Assembly: GCA_012729395.1 (NCBI GenBank)
Contig: JAAYDF010000161.1
Span: 3,319 to 67,318 of the forward strand
Source of the DNA: Phycisphaerae bacterium
GTDB lineage: Bacteria; Planctomycetota; Phycisphaerae; UBA1845; PWPN01
Reading direction: 5' to 3'
Length of the DNA: 64,000 nucleotides
Below, piece by piece: positions 62,341 through 64,000 of the stretch (its first letter is position 1; each line of letters begins with the position of its first letter). The notes beneath the pieces are model-generated. The model made no database searches. It was not told where the DNA came from and worked only from the letters and a program-made list of their open reading frames with translations. The position numbers and the translations under genes are program-made.

Positions 62341-63554
62341 TTGGCTTGGTTGGCCGGGGCCGCTTCGGGGGTGTCCCTTTGACATTCCTGGTGCGCCACC
62401 CAAGCCCGGTACGCCGGCGACTCAGGCCAGCGTTTGGGAAGATCCTCAACGAAGACAATCCGGTCAGCGATACGGGCTCGCATGGCGTCCGGGGCTTCCT
62501 CGAACAGATCCCAAGCGGCTGCGTCACAGACGAAGATTCGCGACACGAACCCGGCAAAGACCCCGCGGCGGTGCCAGGCGATCATCCGATTTTGCACCCG
62601 TGCCATACGCAAGTCGGCATCGCTCTGGGCCAAACCAATCGTCCGTTTCTCCAGTTCGGCATTCGTGGGGGCAAGGAATCGGTGGATGCTGTCCTTGAGC
62701 TTTGAGCGTTTGAGCAGGGGCAGGGGCAAGTCGGCGGGTTTATCGTAGCCCAGGCGATCAATCAGCCGGTACGCCACCAGGGCGTCGTGAAGGGTGGTGA
62801 CGTGGCGAGGGTGGATAAGGTGCAAGCCGTAGCTGTTATGCCGGGGGAAGGTGTCAAACGTAAAGGAGACACGCGGCCCGGTCGCCGGAGTGGCGGGTTC
62901 ATACCGCCATTGCTTCAGCCGTTTTACCAGATCGGCGGCGGACCGATCCGAGGATAGCAGGACACGTCGCCAGAGTTGTGGAAGCGCCGCCCAAAGATAG
63001 GCGTCGGGTGCGTGCACCATGCGGTAATTCGGTCCACGGGACACCAAAGTGGGTACGTGGCTCCCAATGGTTGCGGCCCGGACGGCATCACCAAGCTTGA
63101 GAAGTTGCGACCGCTGGCGAGCGGTGAGGTCTTGCTCATCTAAAGCAACCCACGCGAGAAGTGAAGCCGCGGCTTGGACAACGTGCATAAGCATGCGGTC
63201 GGGGTCACTGTACGCGGAAGCACCATCGGCATGTGGAACGGCCCAGAGCAGGCGAGGCAACCGATGCCACACAACCAGACCTGGGACGGACACCTCGCGG
63301 GCAGCATCGCGGATGGCCTGCGGAGTTCGGCCGGAATCATAGGCTCGAAAAAACGCCACCCGCTCCTCGCCCGTCAATTCCAGGGCGCGGGCGAGCTTCT
63401 CGACGGCATCCGGCTGCGGATATCTCAGGCCACGCTCGATCGAGCGGACGTAGTTGACGCTAAACCCGCCTCGACGCGATAACTCAAGCGCAGACAAGCC
63501 TTTAGACCTGCGAAGGCGCTGCAACTGTTCGGCGAAGCCGTTGCGTCGGGCCAT
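62325..63554 (-). CDS. XRE-family helix-turn-helix protein with a large uncharacterised C-terminal domain
   Basis: 409 aa. N-terminal HTH ..FAEQLQRLRRSKGLSALELSRRGGFSVNYVRSIERGLRYPQPDAVEKLARAL... About 330 further residues have no motif I recognise. No SD precedes the ATG. Confidence 0.75.
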   Translation of the reverse strand: MARRNGFAEQLQRLRRSKGLSALELSRRGGFSVNYVRSIERGLRYPQPDAVEKLARALELTGEERVAFFRAYDSGRTPQAIRDAAREVSVPGLVVWHRLPRLLWAVPHADGASAYSDPDRMLMHVVQAAASLLAWVALDEQDLTARQRSQLLKLGDAVRAATIGSHVPTLVSRGPNYRMVHAPDAYLWAALPQLWRRVLLSSDRSAADLVKRLKQWRYEPATPATGPRVSFTFDTFPRHNSYGLHLIHPRHVTTLHDALVAYRLIDRLGYDKPADLPLPLLKRSKLKDSIHRFLAPTNAELEKRTIGLAQSDADLRMARVQNRMIAWHRRGVFAGFVSRIFVCDAAAWDLFEEAPDAMRARIADRIVFVEDLPKRWPESPAYRAWVAHQECQRDTPEAAPANQANQAAP

Positions 63555-63563
63555 GATTCGCTC

Positions 63564-63592
63564 AGTATAGCGGCCCGCTCAGAAAAATCGAA
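63564..63592 (-). promoter_or_regulatory. Possible promoter giving a (near-)leaderless transcript for the 409-aa XRE gene
   Basis: The minus strand reads TTCGAT, a 17-nt spacer, then TATACT. The -10 element ends 9 nt before the ATG at 63554, so the predicted TSS lies 1-3 nt from the start codon. No SD is present. Confidence 0.25.
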
Positions 63593-63601
63593 AGATTGCA
63601 G

Positions 63602-63630
63602 TTGACATAGACGGTCTGCCGATGTACTAT
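63602..63630 (+). promoter_or_regulatory. Near-consensus sigma70-type promoter for the small XRE gene
   Basis: TTGACA (63602..63607), a 17-nt spacer, then TACTAT (63625..63630). GGGAGG SD at 63664..63669 lies 5 nt before ATG 63675. It sits back-to-back with the putative minus-strand promoter. Confidence 0.45.
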
Positions 63631-63674
63631 GCACGCACTCTGTGTGAGTGAGATTCGCGAAGTGGGAGGTGCCT

Positions 63675-63953
63675 ATGGCTCGCGACACCGTGAAACTCGA
63701 TGGCCACAAAGTGGAGGGCCTTCGCCTTCAGGCAGGCCTGAACCGGTGGGACCTGTCCATCCGCGCCGGCGTGTCTGTGAATACGGTCCGCAAGGTGCTC
63801 GATGGCCGGCCGGTAACCCTGTCCGTGGGGCAAGCGATTGCCCGTGGTCTTGGAGTGGGCTTCGGCGACTTGCTACCGGCATCCGGTGGCGACGCCTCCA
63901 TCGTTCGGCGGGGAGCGGAGACCCCACACCATGCATGTCAGCAAGTCAGTTGA
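63675..63953 (+). CDS. Small XRE-family helix-turn-helix protein (Cro/cI-like)
   Basis: Track ORF 63648..63953. ATG 63675 has a strong SD. MARDTVKLDGHKVEGLRLQAGLNRWDLSIRAGVSVNTVRKVLDGRPVTLSVGQAIARGLG.. is an HTH_XRE pattern. Confidence 0.7.
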   Translation: MARDTVKLDGHKVEGLRLQAGLNRWDLSIRAGVSVNTVRKVLDGRPVTLSVGQAIARGLGVGFGDLLPASGGDASIVRRGAETPHHACQQVS

Positions 63954-64000
63954 ACCGATCAATTGGATTTCACTGACCGCGCTGGTCAAGGCCGGCGCCT

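Noticed and set aside
61829-62698. 289-aa plus-strand ORF and the overlapping 236-, 165- and 146-aa minus-strand ORFs in the G-rich tract
   Set aside because: All six frames are open here simply because A/T, and hence stop codons, are scarce. The products are G/R- or P/R-rich low-complexity strings. There are no starts with SD motifs. They overlap the real XRE gene's 3' end.

Overview
High-GC bacterial chromosomal segment. By inference the gene content looks like Planctomycetota: a DUF1559 prepilin-like protein, PEP-CTERM proteins, futalosine-pathway MqnE, many Gfo/Idh/MocA, xylose-isomerase-like TIM-barrel and ThuA genes, and giant dockerin/LamG surface proteins. I support about 40 protein genes. 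Housekeeping genes: mqnE, glmM-like, ribE, pdxA, ldh, PBP4. A roughly 20 kb glycan-utilisation island (25.9-45.5 kb) carries GH29, GH78, GH5 and GH51. Two very large secreted adhesin-like proteins are present (2295 aa and 1025 aa). There is also an envelope/lipoprotein cluster, a GGDEF plus pseudo-receiver pair, and a divergent XRE-HTH pair at the right edge. I found no rRNA, tRNA or CRISPR array. Many long ORFs in the track are antisense or high-GC artefacts, and several track ORFs have spurious N-terminal extensions; I re-called those starts using SD motifs and signal peptides. The most interesting signals are repeat-related. (1) A family of inverted-repeat elements (arms GGTGTCAGGATGATTTTT or AAAGGTGTCAGGAACCTTT) has four intergenic copies plus one decayed copy inserted in-frame inside mqnE, as Rickettsia palindromic elements do. 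(2) Four-helix-bundle (Avd / 23S-IVS protein family) genes sit as cargo between inverted arrays of short degenerate oligo-repeats inside an operon, and a homologous empty array pair lies 10 kb away. (3) A single ORF encodes two complete signal peptide + domain + PEP-CTERM units. (4) About 500 bp of intergenic DNA is strongly G-skewed and G-run-rich, next to the XRE pair. All functional calls rest on motif-level recognition from memory, not on database searches.
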